Source of the DNA: the human T2T-CHM13v2.0 reference genome, Homo sapiens | Reading direction: 5' to 3' (one strand) | Length of the DNA stretch: 64,000 nucleotides | Assembly (NCBI RefSeq): GCF_009914755.1 | Contig: NC_060928.1 | In this document: piece after piece, positions 24,732-43,284 of the stretch | Layout of the letters: each line of letters opens with the position of its first letter | Position numbering within the stretch: the stretch's first letter is position 1 | Translations under genes and position numbers: made by a program | Notes under the pieces: model-generated | What the model was told of the DNA's origin: nothing | The model's input: the letters and a program-made list of their open reading frames with translations, nothing else | Database searches by the model: none

Positions 24732-27700
24732 TATTTGTTACTTTTAATGAAAAATAAAAGTAAGTGGAGGTAAACAGATATAGAAACTGATGGTGGAAGA
24801 CCCCAGAATGATGGAGTTACTACCAAAACCAAATATTCTCTAGTAATAGTAAAACTTTTGTAGATAAAATGTTATTCTATAAGTGGAAAAAACACAACTA
24901 TGATATTAATTCTTTGGAAATTATGATTTATTCTGTTATCAATAATTAAAGAATGCAAATAAATATATATAGTAGCAATGGATTAAAATGGCTGGTATAA
25001 GTTTGTACTTCAAGTTACTTAGAAATAGATGCCCTTGAAGAAATGCAGTATATTTCTGCAAGTAACTAGGTCAACTTGGGGTTAAAATACTAATGGCAGC
25101 ATGCTTAGACAAATCTGGTTATGGCACAATATCCATAACTTTTATACTATAACTTTATTATCTGAATATTTGATATATAATTTAACATAAAATATAGAAT
25201 ATATTCAAAATATAGCACAGGGTAACTAAATATCTTTGGATACCTTTTCTGCTTCACAATTGCCTATTCTACTAATTCCGTTTACATATTCTTTACTTAG
25301 CAATTCTAGTTGGGTGTTATTGATGGAACCTGCCAGAACAGCAGGTGTACAGGGCAAAGAGTAAATTTGTGTATCATGACGGCTAATTTCATTAGTATGG
25401 CCAGCCAAGCTGTCTTCTCTATGTATTTGAGCCTGAGCCTCAAATACTGTACAAAGCTTATGTGTCAAAAAACAACTTTTTAAAAACACTGCCCTTTTTA
25501 AAACTCAGAAGCCTATTTTTAACTCTGTTGACCCAAATATAACAAGATTTTGACAAAATTCTATGCAATTTTCTGTAACTATTCTATTTTTCTTTTCTGA
25601 TTAGCTACTACCTTAGGCAATCCTATGCCAACATGAACACTACAATGATTCAGTTGAATCATATCTGATTTATACATTCATATATACATGTGTGTTTGAT
25701 ATGCAAAATCCTATGATCAGATCTCTTTATGTGTTGGAGTATTGGTGGGGGATTCAGATCACTGTAGATTCTTAGTCATAATAAATACCAAAAAATGTAA
25801 GTTTGATGTTGCATTGCTTGTTTTTCCTTCTAACATACTCTGTTATTTCTCAAAAGGGGAAAATAGGATAATAGTAACACTCACATAAAGAAAATTAATC
25901 AATCAATCATAGGTATAAAGGTTTCATAGCATCTTTTAGGTCATCCTGTCAACTCCTGAGGGCTGGGTGAGATTGTCACTGAAATCTTCTTTCTGGTATT
26001 TATCAAAAATAGTACCAAAAGTGTTAATAAGGAGAATATTTTTTCCTGATGTATTAATGCTCAGAGCTCAGAGTAAATGCTATTAATATTCATTGCAGCA
26101 GAACTTTCATTGTTATCATGGTCAGAGATCATTTGGAAATGATTTTGTTGTGTCTGCTAATAAAGACATCAGCAGTTCTACAGTCGTTTATTAGTCAGAT
26201 TAAAAAGTCTCTATTTTAAAACTGTAAGAGTTGTTAGAACATATTTCTTCTTCGTTTGATTTTTTTGTTTTCTTATCTGTGTATTCAGTTATTTGTTTTA
26301 AAGACATTTCAGACACTACAGGCCTCATTCTACCAGAGCTTTGAAAAAAACATGAGCAATATACGTCCATTTAAAAAATATGAAAATGAGCAATCCAAAA
26401 TTTAAATTCTGTATGTAAAACAATAAGTCTCTGAAGGCCAAACTAGGTCATGAAAAGAAAGAGAGAATAAAGATTTACAAAGGAGACCAAAGGCCTAATG
26501 CTCTCAAGTAAAGATTTTTTGAATTAGCCTCAAATGAGAGGAGCATGTAGTGATGCTAGAGAGAAGCCATTTATTGGTTCAGATAGGACATTTTAACATT
26601 GTATGGCTTTATGTTCCCCAGGATGTGTGACTTTCATTTTCCCATTTTCACACCATTAAGTATTATATGATTCCTGACTACTATGATTCACTTTTGAACC
26701 TCCCAGCTTTCCTTCTTTTAAAAATATCCATTCTACTATATGTCATATTTTACTTACAGTTTAAGATGAAATAATTTCATCTCAATTTCAAGTATCTGCT
26801 TCATCTTAATATAAGTACTGCAATTTTACTGATTTCTAAAAACCACATAATTTCCATATTCATCTGAATTTTCTTAACTGATGATGTACTTTAATTAGTA
26901 TAAATGTTCTTTCAAAGCAATATCTGAGTAAAATATGATTGTGTCAGTAGTTTACCACATTACAAAGTTTAATTAGACTGTCACAGAGTAAAAGGGACAT
27001 GGATGATATTAATTATCTTTAAAGTAATAATAATGAAAAATCAGTCTAAAATAGTCAATAGTCAATATTCAATTTCATATTGTTGTGAATTTCAGCCGTG
27101 GTATATGTGCAATGCTATAGATGAAGTAGAGTAGCTATGTAACTGAGATATAGTTACTTTTCATATAGATGGGACAGTAATATGTAGACCATTGTGAGCT
27201 GATGCTGCTCCTGCCCAAACTAATGACTTGTCTGGCAGGTTATGTAAGGTTGTGGTTTTTCCAGCCTGGTGCATCTTTCCACTACCTGGGCCATATTAAT
27301 ATGAAACAGTAGGCATGTGTGCTGGGAATACTAGGGAAGCATTGGGAAGTGACTACTCAATTGCATATACGTTTATGTCTGGTACCAATAGCCTTAAAGT
27401 AAAGTAAAATTACTTCTATAACCTTAAAAATAATTTTCTCAAATACCTCCTTGCAGTTTTAGTTATATATATGAGTGTGTGTACATATATATTTAAGTTT
27501 AAATCATTGCAAACAGAAAAGGATCCTATTTTGTAGCACACAGAGTTTATTCAATTTTGTGAACCTTTTTGTAAACTTTCTATTAGAAAAAGAAAATTTA
27601 TAATGCACAACTATAAATAAAAAATCAAGTATGAGAGAATATTTAAATAGAAAATAAATTGCAAATGTAAAAGCTGACAAGTAAAGTAAATATCCAGAAA

Positions 27701-30186
27701 AATAACACATTGTTATTAATTTACTGCCTGGCACTCATCTGTAATACTTTTTTTAAATACCAGTGTTGTTGGCAGCATTCTTTTTGATCCTAACTTCATG
27801 TGACAATGATTTTGTAAAATCTACAGAGAGAAGAAGGAAATTAGTCTTCTTTTAACATGTTGAAATTTATTTTCGTTTTTTTTTAGTTGGAATATATAAT
27901 GTACTTGACTTTACAAAGATACGTACTTGTTAATTTTTATTGTTGCACAGGTTTTGTTTACATACCCAATAATTCTAAAATTTATATTTTATGTAATTCC
28001 CATGGAAAAAAAACAACCTTAAGTTACTTGTTGTACTTCCAATTGTCAAAACTGCATTTTCAAGTATATTCCTGAGGCCGAAAATTTCTGTTTAAAATGG
28101 GCGCTTCAATAAGAATCCACTAAAAACTGTACACATCTATTGACTGGAAAAATTTTCCTCAGAACAACTTCTGGCTCCACACCTCTCAAACTCTACTTCT
28201 TCTATGGTACCCAGATACTCCAAGTTCTAGATGCCATTGGACATGCTCATATCACAATACAACCTCTGGCCTTGTAATGATAATGGGTGAGTGGTCACTG
28301 TGAGCGATGAGAATATACATGAAAATGATTTTTACACTGGGATGATGAACAATAGTCAAATTCACCAAGTGGATTTGATTTGTATGAATTTATCTCCCTA
28401 AACCCAAACTAAATATATCACCAACTCAGTTTCCCCTTTGAGTCACAAAATTCCCAAGAAACTTTAAAACCACATACAGATTTGTGAATGAGGGTAAGTA
28501 GAATTGGAATGAGACAAAGGTCTTAACCAATTGTAGTTGAAGTAACTTATTTTTGAAAATATGAAAAGAACATATGGCCTCATAAACACATTTTTAGGGC
28601 CTCTCTCAGGTCTTCCTTGGAAAAAAACCTGTGCAAATGAAGGGCTCTCAACTACATTTATGTTGCTTGTTGTTCTCCTTGAAGTAATGTTTTTTCTTTG
28701 TCCTCCAAAAAAATTATCTTAAATAAATTTATTTAATGTTTGATATGATTTTTTCTAGTTCTAGTTCTAATACTTATAAGCAGTAAAAATGTTGTATATA
28801 AAAATATATATTTACATTTTTATTTTTGGTTTTCTGGAATAAAAGTTATTACGATTATTATTTGTACCCGAATCCTCAAAACAACATAAATATATTACAT
28901 ATTTTGAAAAATATTATATTTTATAATGCATCATTTAATGAGAGATTTTTTTCAAAGACCAGTGAGTGAGAGTTATTTATTATCAATAGGAAACACTTTT
29001 CAGTTTCCAATCATTTCCTGCTTTTTTTTATAGATATAAGTACCAAGAAGTCTTCTTAATGAAAGTAAGAAAAAAAATGGAGTTTGGTTATAGCAACGCT
29101 AATAGTTGAAACTTTTTCTGACTTATATGCTACATATCACACAATAATCTATCATCTAATTATTTTATATATTTCAACTCAACTAGGGTCTTCTTCATAA
29201 TACTAAAAGTCTCCTAATTTGAAAGAGGCTTTCAAGTCTTGTAACTTCTGTTTCTGCTTACTGCTAAGTAAATTAAAAAAAAAGTTTTCTCAAGACTTTC
29301 CAGGGATAATTATTTATTAATTATATGAATTACTTAGTTAAAGGCAAATGTCTATGTAGTTAAAAAGTATCAACACAAGTCTTACAAAATTGCAAATGAG
29401 AAGAATATTTTAGAAATTTTATTATACTTTTACAATAATTCAGAGATAAATAATAAAAAAGTTTGGCTATTAAACAAAAACCGTTGTCACCTATAACACT
29501 CACTTTATAATACATCTGAATTCCAACATCCAAAATTATCTCATTTCAAATGCCATACTTTTCTTTTTGCAGAAATGCATGTAATGCATATAAGGTAAGA
29601 CATTAAACTTTACTATTAGTTTAACATACCCTTACTAAAAGGGCCTTCTCAGATATCAAATTTTACTCTATGCCTTATTTGATGTCCTTGACCTTTTTAT
29701 ACCCCAATGTGTAAGATTTGGAATGGTTATTTTATTTTTTATTCAAAGGATTTGTAAAAAGTTAGATAGAGAAGGAAAACTCATATGAATTCAAACTGCA
29801 AGCATATTCTGAAGCAGAAAAATTCTGGGAAAGAGTACACATCATAATCTCAGATCTGGGATAGAAAATTTGTCCAATCTCCTCCTGGAAGTTTCCTCTA
29901 TCCATTTTGAATGTTTCTATCTTATTTCCTTTGCACTGCTTATTTGGGTGGTAAGCTTAAGCAAAACAAACCCTGAACTCTCAGCCATCTCTCTCTCAAA
30001 TCTTCATATTGACACAACTCATTTGGCTTTGGCCTTGGTTAGTATATGTGTATCTTTTACTTATGTAATATACATAACTGGGAGAAAAATCCCCAAGTAT
30101 AAAAGAATTAGTTTAGTATTTATTTTCAATAACTTTAAAAATGTATGTAAACACATGGCCATTTGTACAAACAAATATGCATTAGA

Positions 30187-30345
30187 CCAGCATTTCTCAA
30201 ATTTTAATTTACATAAAATTTGTTGGAGTTAAAATTTAGGTTTTGATTCCATAGGTCTGTGACGGGAGCTGAGATTCTGCAATTTTAACAAGCACTGAGG
30301 TGATGCTGATTAGCAACTGGTTCACAGACTATACAATTAGTAACG
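30187..30345. mobile_element. MER5A-like MITE
   Basis: CAGCATTTCTCAAA...GATTCCATAGGTCTG...GAGATTCTGCAATTTTAACAAGC...GGTGATGCTGAT. Confidence 0.7.
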
Positions 30346-30898
30346 AGACACAAGATGATATGTATATATGTATGTGTATAAATATGTGTGTGTGCAGGTG
30401 TATGTGTGCGTGGATGTAGTACATATTCGATGTTGCCAGATCCATGTATATCATACACCTGTTTGTTGTGAAATAAAAAATTCCATTTATGACACTCTGC
30501 TTTCTATGTGCAGAAGAAATAAGGCAGATTTTAATCTAAGATCTAATGAGAGAGTTAAAATGACAATTAGATCAGTTTATTGCACTTCTCCACCCAAGAA
30601 GATATCTAATGGTGGGTTCTTTTCTATCTTCATAGCAAATCAATTTTCTTATATAATCAATTTCTTTAATGATTCTTGCAAGCTAGATTATATCATGAAG
30701 CTAACTTTATAGATATAAAGCATAATTCTCAACTCTATCAGATTCAGCAACCCCATTTTGTAACAAGTATGTTCTAATATTCTCTTTTTTATTCTGAACT
30801 GAAAAAAAAACTAAAGTAAAACCTCAGGTGTAATTAACATAATCAACAAAATGTCCTAATGCAAGTAAATTTTAGAATTCAATGGAAATAGTTATGCA

Positions 30899-30899
<1 letters not shown>

Positions 30900-30935
<36 letters not shown>
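30900..30935. repeat. (CA)18 microsatellite
   Basis: Perfect CA run. Confidence 0.98.
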
Positions 30936-30937
<2 letters not shown>

Positions 30938-33900
30938 TTGTAAATTCTTGACCATGTCCATACTTGAAAGTGTAATGAAGTAGACAGTGATTTTTGCATC
31001 TGTACGTAAGATCACCTCCAGTAATGGAACTATTAGAAGCATAATGATGAAGTTCATTGAATCATTAGATCCAATAACATGCAAAAGAAACTTTGTTATC
31101 AGTGATGCGATTTTCTGAAATGTGTACAATTTTACAATTTTCCAAATAAAACAAGGTAAAATCTTTACATTGATTTAGATTTCCAGGAGTTACATTGCTT
31201 GAAGAAAAGCTAATATATCTTAAACTGTTAAAATTCAGCTTATGTAGTAGTGATTTTAGTTAAATACAAAACGCTATTGAGATCTTGAGTCATATAATCA
31301 TAAACATACTTCTTTACTTACTTGAATATAAGAGGGACATTTGAAAGTATCTTCAGTTCAGAGCTATTCTTTTTTTTTTTTTTTAATAAGAAATCTAGCA
31401 TCCTTGGACTCTAACCCATGAGTGTCAGCAGGATAACTTGCCATTTTCTGTGACAACCAAGAAAAACAAGTTTCTAATGCACTCTGTGATTGGGTACCAC
31501 CCTACTGAAAACAACTAATTTAGAATATTTTTGAATGACTTATATGAGAATTCACACACTTGACTCTACATATTTTATTTAGTTTCATATTACTTCTTTT
31601 GTTCATGACATCACTTTGATGTCATCAAAGACTTTTCTACTTCTCCATCCGAAATGTTCTTTCTTGGAAATACCATTGCTTAACGAACCTGACTTAATCT
31701 TGATGAATTTTTTTTCCTGTTTTAATTTATGCAATGGCTTTTTCTGATTCTTCTTATATTCATTTTGGACATAGCCATTCTCTTTCATTGGATCTTTTCT
31801 TTCTACCTGTCTACTTAATGAAGATTGGTATTTCTTAATATGTTTAGCAACTCTCCTTTTTTTCTCTGTCTCTCTCTGTCTCTCTCATTCTCTCTCTTCC
31901 TTCCTCTCATTGATCATATTCACTTCCATGCTTCTGACACCTAGACAAATTAGAAAATCATATAGAGTTGAATTAACAAGTACTTTTAATACAAATAAAC
32001 AAGGATCATAACTTTGCAACTGATTTTTAATTCCTGTAATTGGATTTTTATGTTATTTTGCTTTGCTCACTTGAGCAAATAAAATGAGGTGAGAAATAAA
32101 TAGAATCAGAAAAAAAGAAAAAAGAAAGTAATTCTCCACTTTTAAATTTTAGAAGAAGGTTTAGGAAAAACTGCTAAGGTCTAAAATTTTATATAGATTT
32201 ATTTTGAGAAAAACTGAAATACATGTTCGTATCTCACTAGCCTTTGTATCTCACACACTTTGAATACACGCAAAAAAGATTTGTTATAGATTGATTTGAT
32301 GTTAAATAGAGGATTGAGAAAGGTTTAAAGTGCACACATCTAGTGATAATTTTTTTTTTTAATTCATACCTTCAGAAATTGAAACAAAAATTATCGGCAC
32401 ATTTGCTATCTTCTAAGGCAAGTCACTTTTGTATGAAAGCATTGTGAGGTGCAATTTAAATATTAACTTTTCTCTTAAAATATATGTAAATAAGGTTTTC
32501 TGAGTCTGTCATGTTGGAATGAACTTCATATTGGAAAGAAGCAATTCCAACAATTTCTTCCTAAGCCATGTTACAAAATAATGTAGAAAACTCTTAGGAC
32601 TCATATAAAAATATGATCTCAAATGCAGACTAAGTTTCAAAAGATAACTTTACTCCAGGCACATTTTACTTTCTCATTACATAACTTAAGAAAAAATTTC
32701 AGGGAACAATTTTGTCGTATGAATTGAGCAAGATCCTTAGAAAGGACCAACGCTTTAATTCTAGACACATGTCAAACAGCATCAAAAGACTAAAGAACAC
32801 TCACTCCTTTTTTTGTTGTTCATGGTAATAACGTTTTTCAAAATTGATTTAAAAATTATCTTTTTACATTATCTTACCAATTTCAATTTAAATGAAAGGA
32901 AATATCTACACAATATAAATATATAAATTAAAGGCAATATTATTTATTGAAAAAAGTGAAAACATGGTTGGATAGTCACTCTAACAATAAAATGTTGTCA
33001 GTGATTTGTTTCATCTCTAAAGTGACCTTATTAAAGAACAAATGGGATATAAGGTATTATAAGCATATTTGCATTTTTAAATTTGAACTACGTTAGTTCA
33101 TGATGCATGATTGCCTTACATACAATAGTAAGTTTTACTAGATGATGTAACAGGGGAAATAACTCATCGCGAAACTTAAAAAATAATTCTAAATGTATAT
33201 TCCTGTTTTAGCAAGTTAACTGCATAAATTATTAAAATAAATCTATATACATAATGCTTCATTTTAGATTATTTATGACATATTAATTTACGTAATTAGT
33301 TTAGCAAATAAAAATTCCCTGTTCTCCCTACTCCCTCTTCAGTCCTGTAAGGTTTACCTCCAGATTCATTCCTGTTGTTGTCTGTGTCCTTGAAATCTAC
33401 CTCTCAAGCTGCCTCATGCAGTTGCTACAGCTTAGATTTTCGAGACAGAACTTACGTTAGCCTGCCAGGGCCTAATTCATAAAATATTTCTAACACCACA
33501 GATTAGTTCTGAGCCATTTTAAAGCTTCGGAAAGTCTATACCATAAAGGATGCTCCCTTTCATTCCAAATCTATTTGCATTTTATTTGTGCCTCAAAGGA
33601 GGAACAATCCAAACTGATTAGAATCTGCAGACACTGTGCATAATGAAAAATTAATTGCATCAATCTTTTCACTGTAGTGGTCTTAACAACTCATTTTCAA
33701 CTGGTCATTTTTCCACCTGCTCACCAGGGCCCAGGCAGCTGAGGCGAGCATAACTGTGACATTTGCAGAATATCAATGAAGCTAAGGTCACCAGTATATC
33801 ATGCAAGTGAGAGCTGAGAATCCTGAAAGAGATGTAAGCTGTTTGGATGAGCTAGAACTATTATGTGACAGTGGAGGGCAAATGCATGCTATGACAATCC

Positions 33901-34632
33901 ATATATGCATGGTTTGAATTAACAAAACCGAAAGGAAAAGAGAAAGCCTAAATAACCAACAACAAAGGTGAGGGTAGTGCTACTTCATTGGAGATGGAGC
34001 ATAATGTGCTGCTGACAGTGGTGGTAAATCAACAATTGCACGTTAACATCATCATAGGCAATTTAATATGGCAGGTGGCGACAGTAGTTCAATGCATATG
34101 CGTGAAAATGAGGGGTTTGATTTTGAAATAGGATTGTAAGTCACCATACTTTGTAAAATACACATTTCAGTATTATTCATTTAACAATACTCTTCATGTT
34201 CTTATTGATTAAGATATACAACAAATTGCTCCTCATTGTATAAAGTTTTATACTTTAAGCAAACTCTTACACCTACAGGTTTTCAATAATTTCTTAACTA
34301 GATTTCTTATAGGTTTCTGGGTCTTCATGCCAAAATAATCAGGAAGTTGTCTAAATTTTCTTGGTTTTAACATCTAAATAAAGAAATTCAAGGCAGTCTC
34401 CAAGATGAGATTAATTTCTATCATTTACTACAATTCCATAGGATCTTATTAGTCAAAGTGAGGTCCACTAACCAATCACCCAGAAGCTAGTTAGAAATGA
34501 AGGATCTTGGGCTCAGACTGGGATTTACTGAATTAAAATTTGTGTTAGTTTTATTGTAATGTAAATTGCACCTCAATAAAGACTTTATCTTTAAAAAAGT
34601 TTTCATTTTAGCACAATTCCTAGGATATCTAA

Positions 34633-34800
34633 AGCAATGCTTCTCATACACATAACTAGAGCCTGATAAAGCCCAGATTCCTAGGGCCACCTCCAGACAT
34701 TCTGTTCAATAAATCTATAGTGGGGCCAAGTAATTTGCATACCTGACAAGCTCCCATATAATGCTGATATATTGGTCTATGAAACACACTGTGAATTGCA
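34633..34800. mobile_element. MER5A-like MITE
   Basis: CAGATTCCTAGGGCCACCTCCAGAC...GTGGGGCCAAGTAATTTGCATACCTGACAAGCTCCC. Confidence 0.65.
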
Positions 34801-35066
34801 TTTTCTTTCTTTCTTTTTTTCTGAGACAGAGATTTGCTCTTATTGCCCAGGCTGAAGTGCAATGGCGTGATCTCAGCTCACCGCAACTTCTGCCTCCTGG
34901 GCTCAAGAGATTCTCCTGCCTCAGCCACCCAATAGCTGGGATTACAGGCATGCGCCATCGTGCCTGGCTAATTTTTTTATTTTTGGTAGAGACGGGCTTT
35001 CTCCATGTTGGTCAGGCTGGTCTCGAACTCCCAGCCTCAGGTGATCCACCCGCCTCAGCCTCCCAA
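34801..35066 (-). mobile_element. 5'-truncated AluSp
   Basis: Sp-type GCTCTTATTGCCCAGG, CACCGCAAC, TTCTCCATGTTGGTCAGG; TSD GAATTGCATTTT on both sides. Confidence 0.93.
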
Positions 35067-35645
35067 GAATTGCATTTTTTTAAAGCAAAATTATAAGTAA
35101 AAATAGCATCTCATTTTGGTTATTTTTCTTCAATGTTCAGAATATGTAACAATAATGACATTTTGTTGGTTAAAATATGTCACAAAAAAAAGAAACAGAC
35201 CTACTCTTTTTAATAATCTTTACTGTAGCAATTGTTATCTACCTAATGTTGAAAAACTTCAGTGAAGAAATTTTATGTTTTATAGAAAAGTTTCCAAATT
35301 TTAACTTTTAGGCTTTTACAGTAACAGAGGGAGAGAAACATCTTTCCTATAACTTATGAAAACTTGAGGTATGGGGCAAGGGAAGGGAATTTCAGTGGGG
35401 GAACTGTCACTGTAACTCTGAATGGTTATTTAAGAAAAAGCTTGTGAGAAGATGGAATATGGGACTACAAAAAGGAGGAATTCAACTTTGATAGAGAAAG
35501 ATTTTAGTTTTAAAGTATGAAAAACTAGATGTAAAAGGTTGACCTAAGAAACTACATTATTTTGAAAAATATTGTTCTACATTGTAGAATTTTATTCTCA
35601 TTAGTAAGATATAAATGTGTGGCTAATTTAAAAATACCTAGACCA

Positions 35646-35930
35646 GGCTGGGCACGGTGGCTCATCCCTATAATCTCAGCACTTTGGGAGGTCGAGGTGA
35701 GTGGATCATGAGGTCAGGAGATCGAGACCATCCTGGCTAACACGGTGAAACCCTGTCTCTACTTAAAAATACAAAATATTAGCTGGACGTGTTGGCAGGT
35801 GCTTGTAGTCCCAGCTACTCAGGAAGCTGAGGCAGCAGAATGGTATGAACCTGGGATGTGGAGCTTACAGTGAGCCAAGATTACGCCACTGCACTCCAGT
35901 CTGGGCGACAGAGCGAGACTCCATCTCAAA

Positions 35931-35965
<35 letters not shown>

Positions 35966-35977
35966 AATAAATAAATA
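35646..35977 (+). mobile_element. AluY with (TAAA)n tail
   Basis: GAGATCGAGACCATCCTGGCTAACACGG; TSD AAAAATACCTA. Confidence 0.93.
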
Positions 35978-37441
35978 AAAAATACCTAAATGAGTGAGAA
36001 TATAGAATTGGCTCTGAATACCTATCTAACTGGTATGAAAAATGGTTGACAATGTTTACAGAATCATTACTAAGGAAAGGAACTTACAGTTACTCAATTT
36101 GCAACACACTTTAGGTCTCTGGGCCACTTCTCTTCTGTTTCATACTTTCTTTTGAGATTTTTTTCAGATATTTTGTCATAAATTTCATGCCAAAGACAAT
36201 TCTAACATATGTAAATAGTTCATCGTATGTGTAAAAAGAATTAAATTGCACCAGTAATGCAAATCATCCCAGATATTCTGTTTATTTACTTATCTATATT
36301 ACTTTATTTCTGAAATATAACTGGCATTGATTACAATGACTCCAATATTCCCTACGCTATTCACTGGGATGAGTGGTACAGGATTTATCATAGCATAAAA
36401 AATGCAGGGAGAGGCTTCCAAGATGGCCGAATAGGAACAGCTCCGGTCTGCAGCTCTCAGTGAGATCGATGAAGATGACAGGTGATTTCTGCATTTCCAA
36501 CTGAGGTATTTGGTTCATCTCATTAGGGCTGGTTGGACAGTGGGTGCAGCCCACAGAGGGCGAGCTGAAGCAGGGCAGGGTGTCGCCTCACCCCTGATGC
36601 ACAAGGGGTCAGGGAATTTCCCTTTCCTAGCCAAGGGAAGCCATGAAGTCTGAACCTGGAGGAATGGTACACTTCTACCCAAATACTGCGCTTTTCCCAC
36701 AGTCTTTGCAACCGGCAGACCAGGAAATTCCCTCCTGTGCCTGGCTCAGTGGGCCACACGCACATGGAGGCTTGTTCATGCTAGTGCAGCAGTCTGAGAT
36801 TGACCTGCAATGCTGCAGTTTGGCAGGGGGAAGGGTGTCTGCCATTGCTGACGCTTAAGTAGGTGGTTTTGTGCTTACAGTGTAAAGAGGCCAGGAAGCT
36901 TGAACTGGGCGGAGCCACCGCAGCTCAGCAAGGCCTACTGCCTCTCTAGATTCCAGCTCTCTGGGCAGGGCATATCAAACAAAAGGCAGCAGACAGCTTC
37001 GGCAGAGCTAAATGTCCCTGTCTGACAGCTCTGAAGAGAGCAGTGGTTCTCCCAGCATGGTGTTTGACCTCTGAGAATGGACAGACTGCCTCCTCAAGTG
37101 GGTCCCTGACCCATGTATAGCCTGACTGGTAGACACCTCCCAGTAGGGGACAAGAGACCCCTCATACAGGTGGGTGCCCCTCTGGGATGAAGCTTCCAGA
37201 GGAAAGATGAGGCAGCAATATTTGCTGTTCTGCAGCCTCCACTGGTGATACCCAGGCAAACAGGGTCTGGAGTGGACCTCCAGCAAACACCAACAGACCT
37301 GCAGCTGAGGTGCCAAATTATTAGAGGGAAAACTAATAAACAGAAAGGAATAGCATCAACATCAACAAAAAGCACATCCACAGCAAAACCCCATCTGTAG
37401 GTCACCAACATAAAACACCAAAGGTAGATAAAGACACAAAG

Positions 37442-38468
37442 ATAGGGAGAAATCAGAGCAAAAAAGGAGAAAATTCCAAAAACCAGAGCACCTCTTCTCC
37501 TCCAAAGGATCACAGCTCCTCACCAGCAAGGGAACAAAACTGGATGGAGAATGAGTTTGATGAGTTGACAGAAGTAGGCTTCAGAACGTCAGTAATAACA
37601 AACTTCTCCAAGCTAAAGGACCATGTTCTAACCTTTTGCAAGGAAGCTAAAAACCTTGAGAAAAAGGTTAGGCAAAAGGCTAACTAGAATAAGCAGTGTA
37701 AAGAAGACCTTAAATGACCTGATGGAGCTGAAAACCACAGCATGAGAGCTTTGTGATGTATGCACAAGCTTTAATAGCTGATTTGATCAAGTGGAAGAAA
37801 GGATATCAGTGCTTGAAGATGAAATTAATGAAATAAAGTGAGAAGACAAGATTAGAGAAAAAAGAGTGAAAAGAAACAAATAAAGCCTCAAAGAAATATG
37901 GGACTATGTGAAAAGGCCAAATCTATGTCCGATTGGTGTTCCTGAAAGTGACAGGGAGAATAGATCCAAGTTAGAGAACACTCTTCAGGATATTATCCAG
38001 GAGAACTTCCCCAACCTAGCAAGGCAGGCCAACATTCAAATTCAGGAAATACAGAGAACACCACAAAGATACTCCATGAGAAGAGTAACCCCAAGAAATA
38101 TAATTGTCAGATTCACCAAGGTTGAAATGAAGGAAAAAATGTTAAGGGCAGCCAGAGAGAAAGGTCGGGTTACCCACAAAGGGAAGCCCATCAGACTAAA
38201 AGCAGATCTCTCGGCAGAAACCCTATAAGCCAGAAAAGAGTGGGGGCCAATATTCAACATTCTTAAAGAAATGAATTTTCAACCCAGAATTTCATATCCA
38301 GCCAAACTAAGCTTCATAAGTGAAGGAGAAATAAAATCCTTTACAGACAAGCAAATGCTGACAGATTTTGTCACCACCAGGCCTGCCTTGCAAGAGCTCC
38401 TAAAGGAAGCACTAAACATGGAAAGGAACAACCAGTACCAGCCACTGCAAAAACATGCCAAATTGTAA
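37442..38468 (+). pseudogene. L1 ORF1p remnant
   Basis: Start codon mutated to ATA; fragments KRPNL...IIQENFPNLARQANIQIQEIQRTP and FQPRISYPAKLSF...QKHAKL; several stops. Confidence 0.9.
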
Positions 38469-38518
38469 AGATCATCGATGCTGTGAAGAAACTGCATCAA
38501 TTAACAGCTAACATCATA

Positions 38519-42648
<4,130 letters not shown>

Positions 42649-43284
42649 ACAATGAGAACACATGGACACAGGGCGGGGAATATCACACATCGGGGCCTGT
42701 CGGGGGTTGGGGGCTGGTGGAGGGATAGCATTAGGAGAAATACCTAATGTAGATGTCAGTTGATGGGTGCAGCAAACCAACATGGCACGTATATACCTAT
42801 GTAACAAACCTGCACATTGTGCACATGTACCCTAGAACTTAAAGTACACTAATAAAAAAATGCACACTTAGTTTCATAGCCAGATACTGGAATTTTACTC
42901 ATATATTATTTATCAATAATTTTATCACATATGTATACAAATTTATAGAGTTTAGTAAAAATTTTATGTTCCTGAACTTTTTTATTTGCATAATAATAAA
43001 GTAAAAAAATTAAGTGAAACCATGATGTTCATACCAATGGAAATTTCTTGAGCTTATTAATTAATAAGAAAAAAAAGGGGCTAAAACAGGCTCAAAGGAG
43101 AAGCTGTAGAACATATATGTGTATGAAGGCAATTAGTGATTCTGACATGAATTGCTAATAAGTGAAAAACTGGTTCATATCCTAGAAGGCAACAAAATAT
43201 AGTATTTGGAGTAATCTTTTTACAGAGGTAAAATAAATTGCATCTCTCCCAGACAAAGTCTATTTATACTTTTATGGACAAGAA

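Noticed and set aside
31039-31124. Box C/D snoRNA-like layout (ATGATGA at 31044, CTGA at 31115, 4-bp terminal stem)
   Set aside because: There is no clear D' box, only 6 nt separate the C'-like motif from D, and I recognise no rRNA/snRNA guide. Such motif pairs are expected by chance in 64 kb of AT-rich DNA.
33456-33625. Possible minus-strand exon (TCTGCAG acceptor, AAC/GTAAGT donor)
   Set aside because: The polypyrimidine tract is weak, there is no recognisable coding content, and no partner exons are evident.
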